NCBI GenBank assembly: GCA_012729395.1 | Contig: JAAYDF010000143.1 | Coordinates: 7,971-71,970, forward strand | DNA from: Phycisphaerae bacterium | Lineage (GTDB): Bacteria; Planctomycetota; Phycisphaerae; UBA1845; PWPN01 | Direction of reading: 5' to 3' | DNA length: 64,000 nucleotides | Shown: piece by piece, positions 18,458 through 27,126 of the stretch | How positions within the stretch are numbered: the first letter of the stretch is position 1 | Layout of the letters: the number at the start of each line of letters is the position of its first letter | Translations under genes and position numbers: made by a program | The notes under the pieces: generated by a model | The model's database searches: none | Seen by the model: the letters and a program-made list of their open reading frames with translations, nothing else | Told to the model about the DNA's origin: nothing

Positions 18458-18531
18458 TAGCGGCGACTGGATTCGAACCAGTGACCTTGGGTTTATGAAT
18501 CCCATGCTCTAACCAACTGAGCTACGCCGCC
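18458..18531 (-). tRNA. tRNA with CAU anticodon (tRNA-Met; could be tRNA-Ile2 if lysidinylated)
   Basis: The reverse complement folds as a 74-nt cloverleaf: GGCGGCG-TA-GCTC-AGTTGGTTA-GAGC-A-TGGGA-TTCATAA-ACCCA-AGGTC-ACTGG-TTCGAAT-CCAGT-CGCCGCT-A. CCA is not encoded. Confidence 0.85.
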
Positions 18532-18569
18532 AGAGGGTTGGGGCACGGCTTGGTCACCGGCACCTACCC

Positions 18570-18598
18570 ATTATTGCACAGGCCCTCGGCCTGTTCAA
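18570..18598 (-). promoter_or_regulatory. Candidate sigma70-type promoter for the tRNA
   Basis: On the minus strand: TTGAAC, 17 nt, AATAAT (preceded by TGc), about 35 nt upstream of the tRNA 5' end. Confidence 0.35.
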
Positions 18599-18794
18599 GC
18601 ACCTTTTCAAAGATCCAGCGCCACTGAAGCCGGCTCCAGCTGCGGGGTAGCCCGGACGGCTTCATGAGTGAGTATTATACCACACCGCCGCCTGAGGCCA
18701 CAACTGGGGAAATGATTCGCGCGGCAGGCGGCGCGCAGGTCACACGGCTGTGTCTGGGGGTGGCCTGGTGGCGTGCGGATGCGGCCTTGTTGAC

Positions 18795-19376
18795 TCACGT
18801 GCGGGTCATGACCAGCTTGGCTTGCTCGATCTCGATCGTGAGGCTGTTACCGTCCAGTGTATAGGGGCCGGTCTTGCTCTCGCCTTCCATGGTGATGGTG
18901 AGCTGGTTGCCGCTGACTGAGTAGGTGCCGCTCTTGCTCTGGGGCTCGGGCATTTGCGGATGGGTTATCTTCATTGCCAAGGTACCGTCCTCGGCGAAGG
19001 TAAAGGTCATCTGCATTTCGCTCATCTGAGGCATTGGCTGGCCGCCGTGGCTCATTTCGGTGACCCGCCAGGTGCCGACGATGGTCGCGGCGGTGGGTTC
19101 GGCCTTCTCCTCCTCGACCGCGGGCGGCGGAGCTTCCGCCGGGGCGGTGGCGACGGCTTTGGGCTTGGGGGCTTCGGGAGGAGCCGCCGGTTTGGGCGCC
19201 TCCGCCACGACCGGTGCCGGCTCGCCCCCTTCGCTGGCTACGACAATCTCGGGCAGTTCGGTGACTGACGAGCGAGGCGGCTTGAACTCGGGGATGTCCG
19301 GCGGCAGGGCCCGCGTGCACCCGGCCACCTGCACAAGCAAGGCCACGAGGCACAGCAGCCCGCACCATGGTCGCAG
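18795..19376 (-). CDS. Lipoprotein with Pro/Ala-rich linker and C-terminal lipocalin-like domain
   Basis: Lipobox LLVQVAGC, a (APKPxA)-rich linker, then GTWRVTEM...TFTFAEDGTL...GTYSVSGNQLTI...GPYTLDGNSLTI. The start is uncertain: a CTG at 19376 lies just outside a repeat, and the upstream part of the track ORF is repeat-derived. Confidence 0.6.
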   Translation of the reverse strand: MRPWCGLLCLVALLVQVAGCTRALPPDIPEFKPPRSSVTELPEIVVASEGGEPAPVVAEAPKPAAPPEAPKPKAVATAPAEAPPPAVEEEKAEPTAATIVGTWRVTEMSHGGQPMPQMSEMQMTFTFAEDGTLAMKITHPQMPEPQSKSGTYSVSGNQLTITMEGESKTGPYTLDGNSLTIEIEQAKLVMTRT

Positions 19377-19385
19377 AAGGAATGC

Positions 19386-19740
19386 GGAACCACAGATGCA
19401 CACAGATGAACGCTGATGAGTACGCACCTCGTCGTGGGCGAGTGCTGATGATCGTTGGGACATGCCAGGGTCTCCGGTCAATGCTTTCCGTGTTATTCGG
19501 GCGTAACTCACTGCCTGCCCGACTCGTGGGGCACAATGGCGAATGCCCAAGCCCCAATGACCAATCAATGACCAAGCCCGAAACCAGAACTCGGTTGTGG
19601 GTAGAGGACATTCGTCATTCGGATTTCATTGGTCATCCGTGCTTTGCCATTGTTCATTTCGCCTACGGCTGGCGCGTTACGCTCACATCCTTCCCGCCTC
19701 TTTGCTCCATCTGTATTTATCTGTGTGCATCTGTGGTTCC
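19386..19740. mobile_element. Composite MITE-like element: perfect 22-bp terminal inverted repeats enclosing a family-1 repeat (copy B)
   Basis: ggaaccacagatgcacacagat (19386-19407) is the exact reverse complement of atctgtgtgcatctgtggttcc (19719-19740). The interior carries the ggcgaatgcccaagccccaatgaccaatcaatgacc... hairpin. There is no transposase. Confidence 0.6.
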
Positions 19741-19773
19741 GTGTTTCCTCGGCGGCGGCCGGCCGGGTTGCGG

Positions 19774-21009
19774 CTACCGGGGTCTGAAGAGCACCTCGAC
19801 GATCGAGAAACGGTTGACCCGCTCGCGGCCGAGCAGGAGAAGCCGGCCGGTGCGGGGGACGTATCGACAAGGGATCCATGATCCGTTGAATAGTCCGGGG
19901 CTTCGTCCGCTGGCGGTATCTACGAGGAAGACGCCGTCGGCGGTGGCCAGGGCGATGGTCTCGGGGCCGAGCCAGCAGGCGGCGATGCTGCCGAGTCGAT
20001 GGCCGACCACGCGTCGATCGGTTGCGTGGTAGGCGCGGATGCGGTTTCGTGCGGCGTCGTAGAAGAGGAAGCTACGGCCGTCGGGCGAGAGGGGGTTGGC
20101 GATGCCGGCCCATGTCTGCAGCAGGTCGGGCTGGTCGGCGGTGCCCCAGCGTGACACCAGGGTTTGGGCGTTGTCCGTCCGGGCGGCGATCCAGGTGAGC
20201 TCCGAGCCGTCGGCGCGAGCGCACCAGACTTGGTCAGCGGTGCTGGCGGCTAAGGGCAGAGAGTAGTTGCCGCCGGGCGGTGTTAGGGCGGTGGGTTCCG
20301 GATCGCCGACGCGCTGTCGGAAGACGCGAGAAGCGGCGGGCGTTGGGCCGGCACAGAAGACTACCGTGTCGTCGTCGGGGCCGAACCGCGGAAGACAGTT
20401 GACCGCCTCGGGCAGGCCGAGCGGGGTACGCGTGCCGCTCGCCAGTTCGAGGTGCACGATGTAGCTGCCGGGCGGCTCGTTGACCACGTAGGCGATGGCT
20501 TGGCCGGTGTCGGACCAGACGGGCGAATGAGCCCAGCGTTCGGGGGAGATGCGCCGGCCGGTGAGCGTGCCGGATACCGGTCGCTGCCAGATGGCGAGTT
20601 CGCCGTCGGGTGCGGTATGCAGGGGATCGGGCGAGCCCAGCAGGGTCATCAAGGCCAGGTCATCGCGGTCGCTGCGCAGGTAGAGGAGTTGCTCGCCGTC
20701 GGGCGAGACGGCCGGGATCTGCAGACCGACGTTGTCCACCGAGCCGATCTTGCGGGGCAGCTCGAAGTCGCCGAAGGGTTTGAGGTGGTCGTCGCCGACG
20801 GTCTCCGGCGACGGGGCGGAGGACGCGGAGCCCATGGGCTGGCAGGCGGCAACGAGCAGAGCGGCGGACGCGATGCACAGCGTGGCGGCGCGGAGAAAGT
20901 CGGCGCGCAAGAAGCCGGTGCGGGTTTGTCGAGAAGAGGCAAGCCCGCGGGTGGGTTCCGCTCGCGAATCCTGATGCACGGTCACGCGATCCATGGGAGC
21001 GTTGTCCAT
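19774..21009 (-). CDS. TolB-like PD40/WD40 beta-propeller lipoprotein, last gene of the T2SS-like operon
   Basis: Lipobox ALLVAAC. Repeated SPDG/S.DG blades (AVSPDGEQLLYLRSD, SPVWSDTGQAIAYV, LSPDGRSFLFYD). The ATG lies 6 nt after the gspD stop. Confidence 0.7.
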   Translation of the reverse strand: MDNAPMDRVTVHQDSRAEPTRGLASSRQTRTGFLRADFLRAATLCIASAALLVAACQPMGSASSAPSPETVGDDHLKPFGDFELPRKIGSVDNVGLQIPAVSPDGEQLLYLRSDRDDLALMTLLGSPDPLHTAPDGELAIWQRPVSGTLTGRRISPERWAHSPVWSDTGQAIAYVVNEPPGSYIVHLELASGTRTPLGLPEAVNCLPRFGPDDDTVVFCAGPTPAASRVFRQRVGDPEPTALTPPGGNYSLPLAASTADQVWCARADGSELTWIAARTDNAQTLVSRWGTADQPDLLQTWAGIANPLSPDGRSFLFYDAARNRIRAYHATDRRVVGHRLGSIAACWLGPETIALATADGVFLVDTASGRSPGLFNGSWIPCRYVPRTGRLLLLGRERVNRFSIVEVLFRPR

Positions 21010-21015
21010 ATCGCT

Positions 21016-24000
21016 TCATCCCCCGCGAGTGTCCGCTGCCGTGGGCACGACGTGGGCGGATGGGGGCGCGGGGTTCTCGGTTTCGCCGATGGTGTCCTCG
21101 GACGGCCAGTGCTGTTCGAGCCGGTCCATGGGATCCTTCTCGATGGGGTCACTGGCTGGCGGCATGGTCCGCGGACCGATCACGTAAGGCGTGAGGAAGA
21201 CCAGCAACTCGGTGTTGACCTTGGCGGTCTCGCGGTGTTTGAAGATCTCGCCGAGCCCGGGTATGTCGCCCAGCCCGGGTACACTGCGGATGATCGCCCG
21301 CTCCTCCTCGCGGAGGATGCCGCTGATCATGAAGGTGCGACCGTCCTCGAGCAGGATCTGCGTGGTGGTCTCGCGACGATCGACGATGGCTCCGCCGAAG
21401 AGGGTCCGACCGGGCACGACACTGGAGACGCGGAGCTTGACGGTGAGGTTGATGCTTTTCTCTTCGGTGATGTGCGGGCGGACGCGCAGGGTGATGCCGA
21501 CGGGGAAGTAGTCGAATGAATCGTCGCGGTTGCCGGCGTCGGTGAGCCGCGTGCTGGAGAGGAAGGGGATGTCCTGTCCGTCGAAGAACTCGGCCTCGAC
21601 ATTGTCGGCGGTCAGGATCTTGGGCTCACTGCGGATTTTGAGGTCGGTGATGCGGCGGAGGAGACTGAGCAGGCCGTTGACGTCGGCGTTGACGGTGAAG
21701 GTATGCGTGTTGGCGTGCATGTCCTCGAACTGGTAGCTGAACAGGCCTCGCAGGGCGTTGTCGGTCATGAGCGGGTCGCCGGAAGTGAAGGCTCCCGCGT
21801 CGGTCGAGAATCGGAAACCGAGGCTCATGGCGTCTTCCAGAGAAACCTCGGCGATGGCCGCCCGGATGAGCACCTGATAGCCGGGCTGGTCGAGCTCGTT
21901 GACCAGCTCGTCAATCGCTTGGCTGTATTCTTCTGGGACGGCGACGAGCAGTAGATTGCGCTCGATATTGGGCACGATGCGGAGTTTGCCGACGAGGTTG
22001 CTGGGCTGGCGGGCCTTGATATTAGGGTCGGCGGGCTCCTGCCACCAGAAGCGCATGACCGTCTGGCTCTGGTCCTGCTGCTGCTGTTGGTCGCTGGGTC
22101 TGGCTTCGGTTTGCCGAGACCGATTGTAGGGCGAGCGGTCGTCGGCGAACTGCTCGAATCCTTCGAGCCTTCCGCGGCGGAGGATGGAGGTCGGCGTGCC
22201 GGGGGCGTTGAGCAGGGCGTTGAGTTGCTCGGCGACGGTCTCGGCGTCGGCGAACTTGAGCTGGATGGTTCGCGGCAGGCCCGCCTCTTGCGGGCGGTCG
22301 ATCTCCTCGATCATCTGCCGGATCACCGCGTAGTTCTCCTCGGTCTTGCTGACCACGATGAGCTTGCCGGTGTCCGGGTAGGCCTCGAACCGAAATTGCC
22401 CGAACAGCCGCCCGACGGCGGCGGTGGTGGATTCCTGCTCTCCGTCGTACCACCACCAGGGCATCGACGACCGCTCCTTCTTGCTGAAGAGGTTATCGAG
22501 CAGCTCCTTGGTCTTGGCCGGATCGGCGTATTTGAGGGTAATGATCAGCGGGGCGGCCTCGTCCTCCAGAGGCTTATCCCATTCTTCGATCTGCTCGGCG
22601 ATGCGCGGCATTTTCTCCGGCGAGGCGACGACCGTGAGGGTGTTCCGGCGGACGTTGGCGGTGACGGTGACTTGCGAGCGGTCGGTGTCACCGCCGCCGC
22701 GCCGGCCGACGTCGTAGTAGTAGACCCGGAAGCGCGACTGGCCGCCTTCGGGGCCGAAGAGTTCCTTGATGTTGTCGGCGATCTGCTGGGCGTCGGCGTG
22801 CTTGAGCTCGAAGGTGCGCGTGATGCGCGTGCCGGTGTCCTCGACGTCGATCTCCGCCAGCCACTTCTTGATTGTCTCGCGGTTTTGCTCGGAGCCGAAG
22901 ATCATCATGCGGCGCGAGGCGGGGAAGGGCAGGATGCGGACGGCGTTTCGCAGGGAGACTTCGGGCACCTGGGCCAGCATGGCGGTCAGCCGTTCGGAGA
23001 GATCCTCAGGGTCGCCGAAGCGCACCTCGATGATCTCCCACTGTGTGCTGGGTGGTTTGGGCTGATCGAGGATCTTGAGCCAGGCCTCGATCTGGGACAG
23101 TACATTGGAGGGGGCGGCCACGACGATGGCGGAGCGGCGGGCCTCGGGGATGAGCAGCACGGCGGTCTTGTCGGCCTTGATGGCGACGCCGCCGGCCTCG
23201 GCGGGTTTGCCCTTATCCTGCCCGTCAGGGCTCGGGGGGCTGCCCGGACCGCCGGAGATCGTCGTCGCCTTCACTTCGCTGCCCAGGTAGCCGGCAATGA
23301 GCTTCTCAAGCGTGGGTATCACCTCGAAGATGTCCACATGCTGGATGGGGAAGACCCGCAATTCGCCGCCGCTCACGTCGGGCTTGTCTAGTTCCTCGAT
23401 GATGCGGCTCAGGGTGATGAGGCGATCGACCGGGCTGACGATGATCAGCTTGCGGGTGTTGGTGTCGGCGACAATGTGCCCGTAAGCGGGGATCAATGGC
23501 TTGAGCACGTCGATGAGTCGGGCTGGGTCGTGGTGCCGCAGCTCGAAGATCTTGCGGACGATGCGGTTGGTGGGGGTGATGGTGGCCACGTCAACCTCGG
23601 CGGGCACGGTGTCGATTTGACGGCGGACAATCTCGGTGATGGGGATCAGGTGGATGGTTCGCTCGCGCTCCTCGATGGCCACGCCCTGTTCATGCAGGGC
23701 GGTGGTGAGCACGAAGAGGGCCTCCTCGACGGGCAACGGCTTGGGGTTGACCACGGTGATCTGAGTCTTCTCTACCTCTTTGTCGATGAGCACCGGCTTG
23801 TCCATGTTCTCAGTGAGGAACTTGGCAATCTGGGCGAGCGGTGCGTTAGTGAAGGACAGCGGGACGGTCTTGGCTTTGTCGGGTTGGGTCTCGGTGGGTG
23901 TGGTCCCCGCCGGCCCGGTGGCCGGAGCCGTCGCCGCCGGAGCCGTCGCCGCAGGGGCCGTCGCCGCCGGGGCCTCTTCCGCCCAGGTCGATGCCGTCGC

Positions 24001-24069
24001 CAGAATAACCAGTACCGCACACGCGGTCAGCATCCTGCCACCACTTCTTGCGTTGCTCACGAAGTCCAT
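21016..24069 (-). CDS. gspD: Type II secretion system secretin GspD (enlarged, about 1017 aa)
   Basis: C-terminal secretin core ...VPGLGDIPGLGEIFKHRETAKVNTELLVFLTPYVI, multiple N-domains, and a signal peptide. The ATG at 24069 has GAGGAG 7 nt upstream, whereas the track start at 24084 is TTG. Confidence 0.9.
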   Translation of the reverse strand: MDFVSNARSGGRMLTACAVLVILATASTWAEEAPAATAPAATAPAATAPATGPAGTTPTETQPDKAKTVPLSFTNAPLAQIAKFLTENMDKPVLIDKEVEKTQITVVNPKPLPVEEALFVLTTALHEQGVAIEERERTIHLIPITEIVRRQIDTVPAEVDVATITPTNRIVRKIFELRHHDPARLIDVLKPLIPAYGHIVADTNTRKLIIVSPVDRLITLSRIIEELDKPDVSGGELRVFPIQHVDIFEVIPTLEKLIAGYLGSEVKATTISGGPGSPPSPDGQDKGKPAEAGGVAIKADKTAVLLIPEARRSAIVVAAPSNVLSQIEAWLKILDQPKPPSTQWEIIEVRFGDPEDLSERLTAMLAQVPEVSLRNAVRILPFPASRRMMIFGSEQNRETIKKWLAEIDVEDTGTRITRTFELKHADAQQIADNIKELFGPEGGQSRFRVYYYDVGRRGGGDTDRSQVTVTANVRRNTLTVVASPEKMPRIAEQIEEWDKPLEDEAAPLIITLKYADPAKTKELLDNLFSKKERSSMPWWWYDGEQESTTAAVGRLFGQFRFEAYPDTGKLIVVSKTEENYAVIRQMIEEIDRPQEAGLPRTIQLKFADAETVAEQLNALLNAPGTPTSILRRGRLEGFEQFADDRSPYNRSRQTEARPSDQQQQQDQSQTVMRFWWQEPADPNIKARQPSNLVGKLRIVPNIERNLLLVAVPEEYSQAIDELVNELDQPGYQVLIRAAIAEVSLEDAMSLGFRFSTDAGAFTSGDPLMTDNALRGLFSYQFEDMHANTHTFTVNADVNGLLSLLRRITDLKIRSEPKILTADNVEAEFFDGQDIPFLSSTRLTDAGNRDDSFDYFPVGITLRVRPHITEEKSINLTVKLRVSSVVPGRTLFGGAIVDRRETTTQILLEDGRTFMISGILREEERAIIRSVPGLGDIPGLGEIFKHRETAKVNTELLVFLTPYVIGPRTMPPASDPIEKDPMDRLEQHWPSEDTIGETENPAPPSAHVVPTAADTRGG

Positions 24070-24084
24070 GAAACTTCTCCTCAA

Positions 24085-24177
24085 GGGAAAAAAGGTGTCA
24101 GGATGATTTTTTCGAGGTCAACATGAGAGATGACTCCCGCCCTATTCCTGAGAAAATCATCCTGACACCCTTTTTCC
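24085..24177. repeat. Inverted repeat of about 24 bp in the gspC-like/gspD intercistronic spacer
   Basis: ggaaaaaaggtgtcaggatgatttt (24086-24110) pairs with aaaatcatcctgacaccctttttcc (24153-24177), with a spacer of about 40 nt. It is followed by a family-3 motif, catctgtgtccatccgtgtgtatccgtggttcc. Confidence 0.6.
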
Positions 24178-24247
24178 TCAACTCCACGCTACGTCCATCT
24201 GTGTCCATCCGTGTGTATCCGTGGTTCCTTCTCTTCTGTCTCCACGG

Positions 24248-25057
24248 TCAATCGGCCTCCCGCGTATTGAGCGTCGGACGCGCCTCATGTACCTCGATCG
24301 CCCCGTCCATGTCGTTCTCACGCAGAGCGCGCAGCTTGGGCTCATTGACGTCCTGACTCGGCAGCTTGTCAGGCCGATGCCCGGCTTGACTCGGCGGAGG
24401 TTCCGCGGGCGTCCCACCCTTCGGCGGTGCCGACCGCTGGGGCGGGCCGGACGGTGGGGCACCTGGTGAGCCGCCGAACAGCTCCATGGTTTCCGTCTTG
24501 CCTTCGAACTCGATGATGACTTTGTAGTCCTGGATGGACACGACCTTGACGCCGCCCTCGGCTTTGCCTTCCTCGATGCCGATGGTTTCGTTGCCCTTGC
24601 TGAACAGGGCGATGTTGCCCAGCACGCCAGTCAAGGCCAGTCCGTGCTTGCGGACCTGGTATGGCGTGAAGATGTTACGTTTGCGGATGGCGGCGTGGAG
24701 CTCCTTGGGTTGAGCCTTACCGGCTGACGGCGGCTTGCCCTTGGCGTTCTTGGGAGGCTCGGTAGTTTTCACGGGTGTCGGTTGCGTGGTCGCGGGTTGT
24801 GTATGGGCCGGCTGTGTACCGGCGGGTTGCGTGTCAGCGGGCTGGCTCCCGGCGGGCTGGGTCGTCGCGGGCTGCGTCGTCGCGGGCTGCGTCGTCGCGG
24901 GCTGTGTCGTGGCTACCGCGGCGGCCAGGCTGGTCGGCAGCCATTGTCGCCACAGAGCGTGCACGGTGAACTGGTAGACCAGATCGAGACCCAGAAAGGC
25001 CGTCAACGACAAGGCGACGATCGAGGCCGTTCGCCTCTGAGAGGTTGTGAGCTTCAT
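24248..25057 (-). CDS. GspC/PilP-like T2SS inner-membrane linker protein with (TTQPA)n repeat
   Basis: N-terminal TM (IVALSLTAFLGLDLVY), nine 5-aa T-Q-P-A-type repeats, and a C-terminal HR/PilP-like beta domain (LTGVLGN.ALF....ETIGIEEG....GVKVVSIQDYKVIIEFEGK). An ATGA overlaps the upstream stop. An alternative ATG lies at 25066. Confidence 0.6.
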   Translation of the reverse strand: MKLTTSQRRTASIVALSLTAFLGLDLVYQFTVHALWRQWLPTSLAAAVATTQPATTQPATTQPATTQPAGSQPADTQPAGTQPAHTQPATTQPTPVKTTEPPKNAKGKPPSAGKAQPKELHAAIRKRNIFTPYQVRKHGLALTGVLGNIALFSKGNETIGIEEGKAEGGVKVVSIQDYKVIIEFEGKTETMELFGGSPGAPPSGPPQRSAPPKGGTPAEPPPSQAGHRPDKLPSQDVNEPKLRALRENDMDGAIEVHEARPTLNTREAD

Positions 25058-25626
25058 CTTGACCATGGCGAGGCTCCTTCCTGGCCAGCCTGAGCCAGCA
25101 AAGAGACGACCAGTTTGAGCGTCAGCTTGTTGCCTTTCTTGGCGTCACCGCTGAGTTCGAACTGCTCGACGCTGAGGATGCCCTCGACGCGGTACAGGGC
25201 GTTGATGAACTGCAGGGCGTTGGTCCACTCGGCTTCGGCGTCGACGAGGATTGCGGCCCGTTGCAGGCGTGGATCATCGGGCCAAGCGACCGGCGCTACC
25301 GGCGTTGCCCCTTTGAGATCGATGCCGTTTCCCTGAGCGGTTGCGGTCAGCCGTTCGGTGACGACGCTGATCTGTTCGCTGTAGGGCTTGGGCTCGGTCA
25401 GCGGCCCGACCCGCTCTTCCATCTCGGCTACGCAGACGGCGTAGTAATCCGCCTTGCGGTTGTTGCTGATCAGCCGGCTCAGATCCGCCGCCGCCGATTG
25501 GTGCGACGAGGCCAGATCCGCATACCATGCCCACAGCGGCTCCACCGCGAGGAAGTAGACTACCAGCAGCCCCAGACCGAAGCCGCCCAGCCACAAAGCC
25601 CGACGATCCCGCTGGCTTATGGTCAT
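25054..25626 (-). CDS. GspM/PilO-like T2SS assembly protein
   Basis: Bitopic: RRALWLGGFGLGLLVVYFLAVEPLW TM, a coiled region, then a ferredoxin-like C-terminus (NALQFINALYRVEGILSVEQFELS). There are ATGA overlaps at both ends. Confidence 0.55.
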   Translation of the reverse strand: MTISQRDRRALWLGGFGLGLLVVYFLAVEPLWAWYADLASSHQSAAADLSRLISNNRKADYYAVCVAEMEERVGPLTEPKPYSEQISVVTERLTATAQGNGIDLKGATPVAPVAWPDDPRLQRAAILVDAEAEWTNALQFINALYRVEGILSVEQFELSGDAKKGNKLTLKLVVSLLAQAGQEGASPWSR

Positions 25627-27104
25627 CTGGCACCTCGCTGTCTGCCCCCGGCCAGGCGCTGGGTGCCCACGACTTGGGCGGTCAGGGTGAATCCGCCGCC
25701 TTTGCCGGGCTCGGTGCGGCCGGGCTGGATCTGATCCAACCGCGGATCCTGTCGCAGGGCATCGACCCACTTGAACAGGGCCTTGGAGTCTCCGCAGGTA
25801 CCCTTGATAACCAGGCCTTGCTCACGGGTGAGTTGGATCGAGGAGATGAGCACGCTGTTGGGCATCTGGGCACAGATTCTGGCCACCACGTCCTCGACGT
25901 TGATGCGGTAGGTGTTGATACGTTCCATGGCCCGGATCTTCGGTTCGAGGGCGACCATGGGCGATGTCGCGGGGTCGTACTCGGTTATGAGCCGCTTCAT
26001 TTGGGCCCGCTCCCAAGTCAGGGCTCCGATGTGTGTACCCACCATCAACACAAAGAGGATCCCCGCCGCCGCGATCCAGCGTCCGGGCGTCGTCAGCAGC
26101 CGCTCGATCTGCTGACGGCGCGGGCTGAGCGTCTCGCGTTCCCGGCCGGCCAAGCGGATCAGAACGTCGGGCTCGTCCAGCGCTGCCAGCCCCAGCCCAA
26201 TAGCCGGCCCGAACTCCGCCAAGTCCGCCGCGACAAGCCGGCCTCCGTTCGGCCCGACCAGTGTCTCCGCCGGCTCGAGCGGTTCAATGGGCATCGACCA
26301 GTGCTCGGCCAGCAACTCCGCGACGACCACGTCGGGCGTCGCCGCCCACCGAACGCGACGCACATCGCGCAGTGGATAGACCGCCTCGATCATCTGGCGG
26401 CAGTTCTGCAGCGTCAGCTCGGGCCGGCCGGAGTCGGCACTAACGTGTCGCACCGACTGCACGAACCCACCCGACCGCACGGCCACCAGCCAGTCATCGG
26501 GCGTGGCCAGGATCACCGCCTCAGGGTCTGCGTCGCTCGCGGGCGGGGTCTGCTCTCGCATCCCGAGCCGCAGGAGATTCTCAATCGCTTCCGCCTCTGT
26601 CGTGAGTACGTCGACGGCCATGCCCAGCTCGACTAGACGGGCCATTTGGCGCGAGACGCGTTCGTTGCGGGCCGCCTGGGCCATGACCGTCAGGCCCGGT
26701 GATCCGGACTCCGGGAGCTTGCCCGCGCGGCAGCCCCACGCTAACTGCTCGAGCGGGATGGGCAGATCCGCCTCCAACCGGTGGGCGACCATCTGCCGGA
26801 GACGCGAACCATCCGCGGCCGGCATGCTCCACAACCGCGTCATCACATCCGCGGAAGGCATGGTGGCTACGCAGACGGCGCCGTTGGTCGTGACGGCGGC
26901 CGTGGCCACGGGCGATCCCGAGAGGGAGGAGTTGTCCGCGGAACCGCCCGTGGCCTGCGGGCCTGAGGAGAGTCCCATGGGTTGTCGGTCCAGCGAGAGG
27001 ACCTCGATTCGCCCGGCCGAGCGACGGAGCTTGGCCCGCCGCAACTCGCCCGCGCAAGTGTGCAGCCCCAGGGCGATGGCCGGCTCTGTTGCGTTGTTGT
27101 TCAA
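25623..27104 (-). CDS. GspL-like protein (PilM-like actin-fold N-domain fused to PilN-like TM/periplasmic domain)
   Basis: The N-terminal half is PilM/GspL-cyto-like, followed by the TM segment WIAAAGILFVLMVGTHIGAL and a PilN-like C-terminus (NSVLISSIQLTREQGLVIKGT..DSKALFKWVDAL). A TTG start at 27104 with AAGGGGA upstream is inferred. The track start at 27251 overlaps gspK. Confidence 0.6.
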   Translation of the reverse strand: MNNNATEPAIALGLHTCAGELRRAKLRRSAGRIEVLSLDRQPMGLSSGPQATGGSADNSSLSGSPVATAAVTTNGAVCVATMPSADVMTRLWSMPAADGSRLRQMVAHRLEADLPIPLEQLAWGCRAGKLPESGSPGLTVMAQAARNERVSRQMARLVELGMAVDVLTTEAEAIENLLRLGMREQTPPASDADPEAVILATPDDWLVAVRSGGFVQSVRHVSADSGRPELTLQNCRQMIEAVYPLRDVRRVRWAATPDVVVAELLAEHWSMPIEPLEPAETLVGPNGGRLVAADLAEFGPAIGLGLAALDEPDVLIRLAGRERETLSPRRQQIERLLTTPGRWIAAAGILFVLMVGTHIGALTWERAQMKRLITEYDPATSPMVALEPKIRAMERINTYRINVEDVVARICAQMPNSVLISSIQLTREQGLVIKGTCGDSKALFKWVDALRQDPRLDQIQPGRTEPGKGGGFTLTAQVVGTQRLAGGRQRGAR

Positions 27105-27126
27105 AGCTCGTGTTCCCCTTGTGCGT

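Noticed and set aside
18847-19611. ORF 18847..19611(-), 254 aa, and the N-terminal 64 aa of ORF 18795..19568
   Set aside because: The first is an alternative frame of the lipoprotein gene with an Arg/Gly/Pro-rich translation. The upstream part of both runs through the composite MITE (the SSVCICGSAF and ICVHLWF peptides are repeat-encoded).
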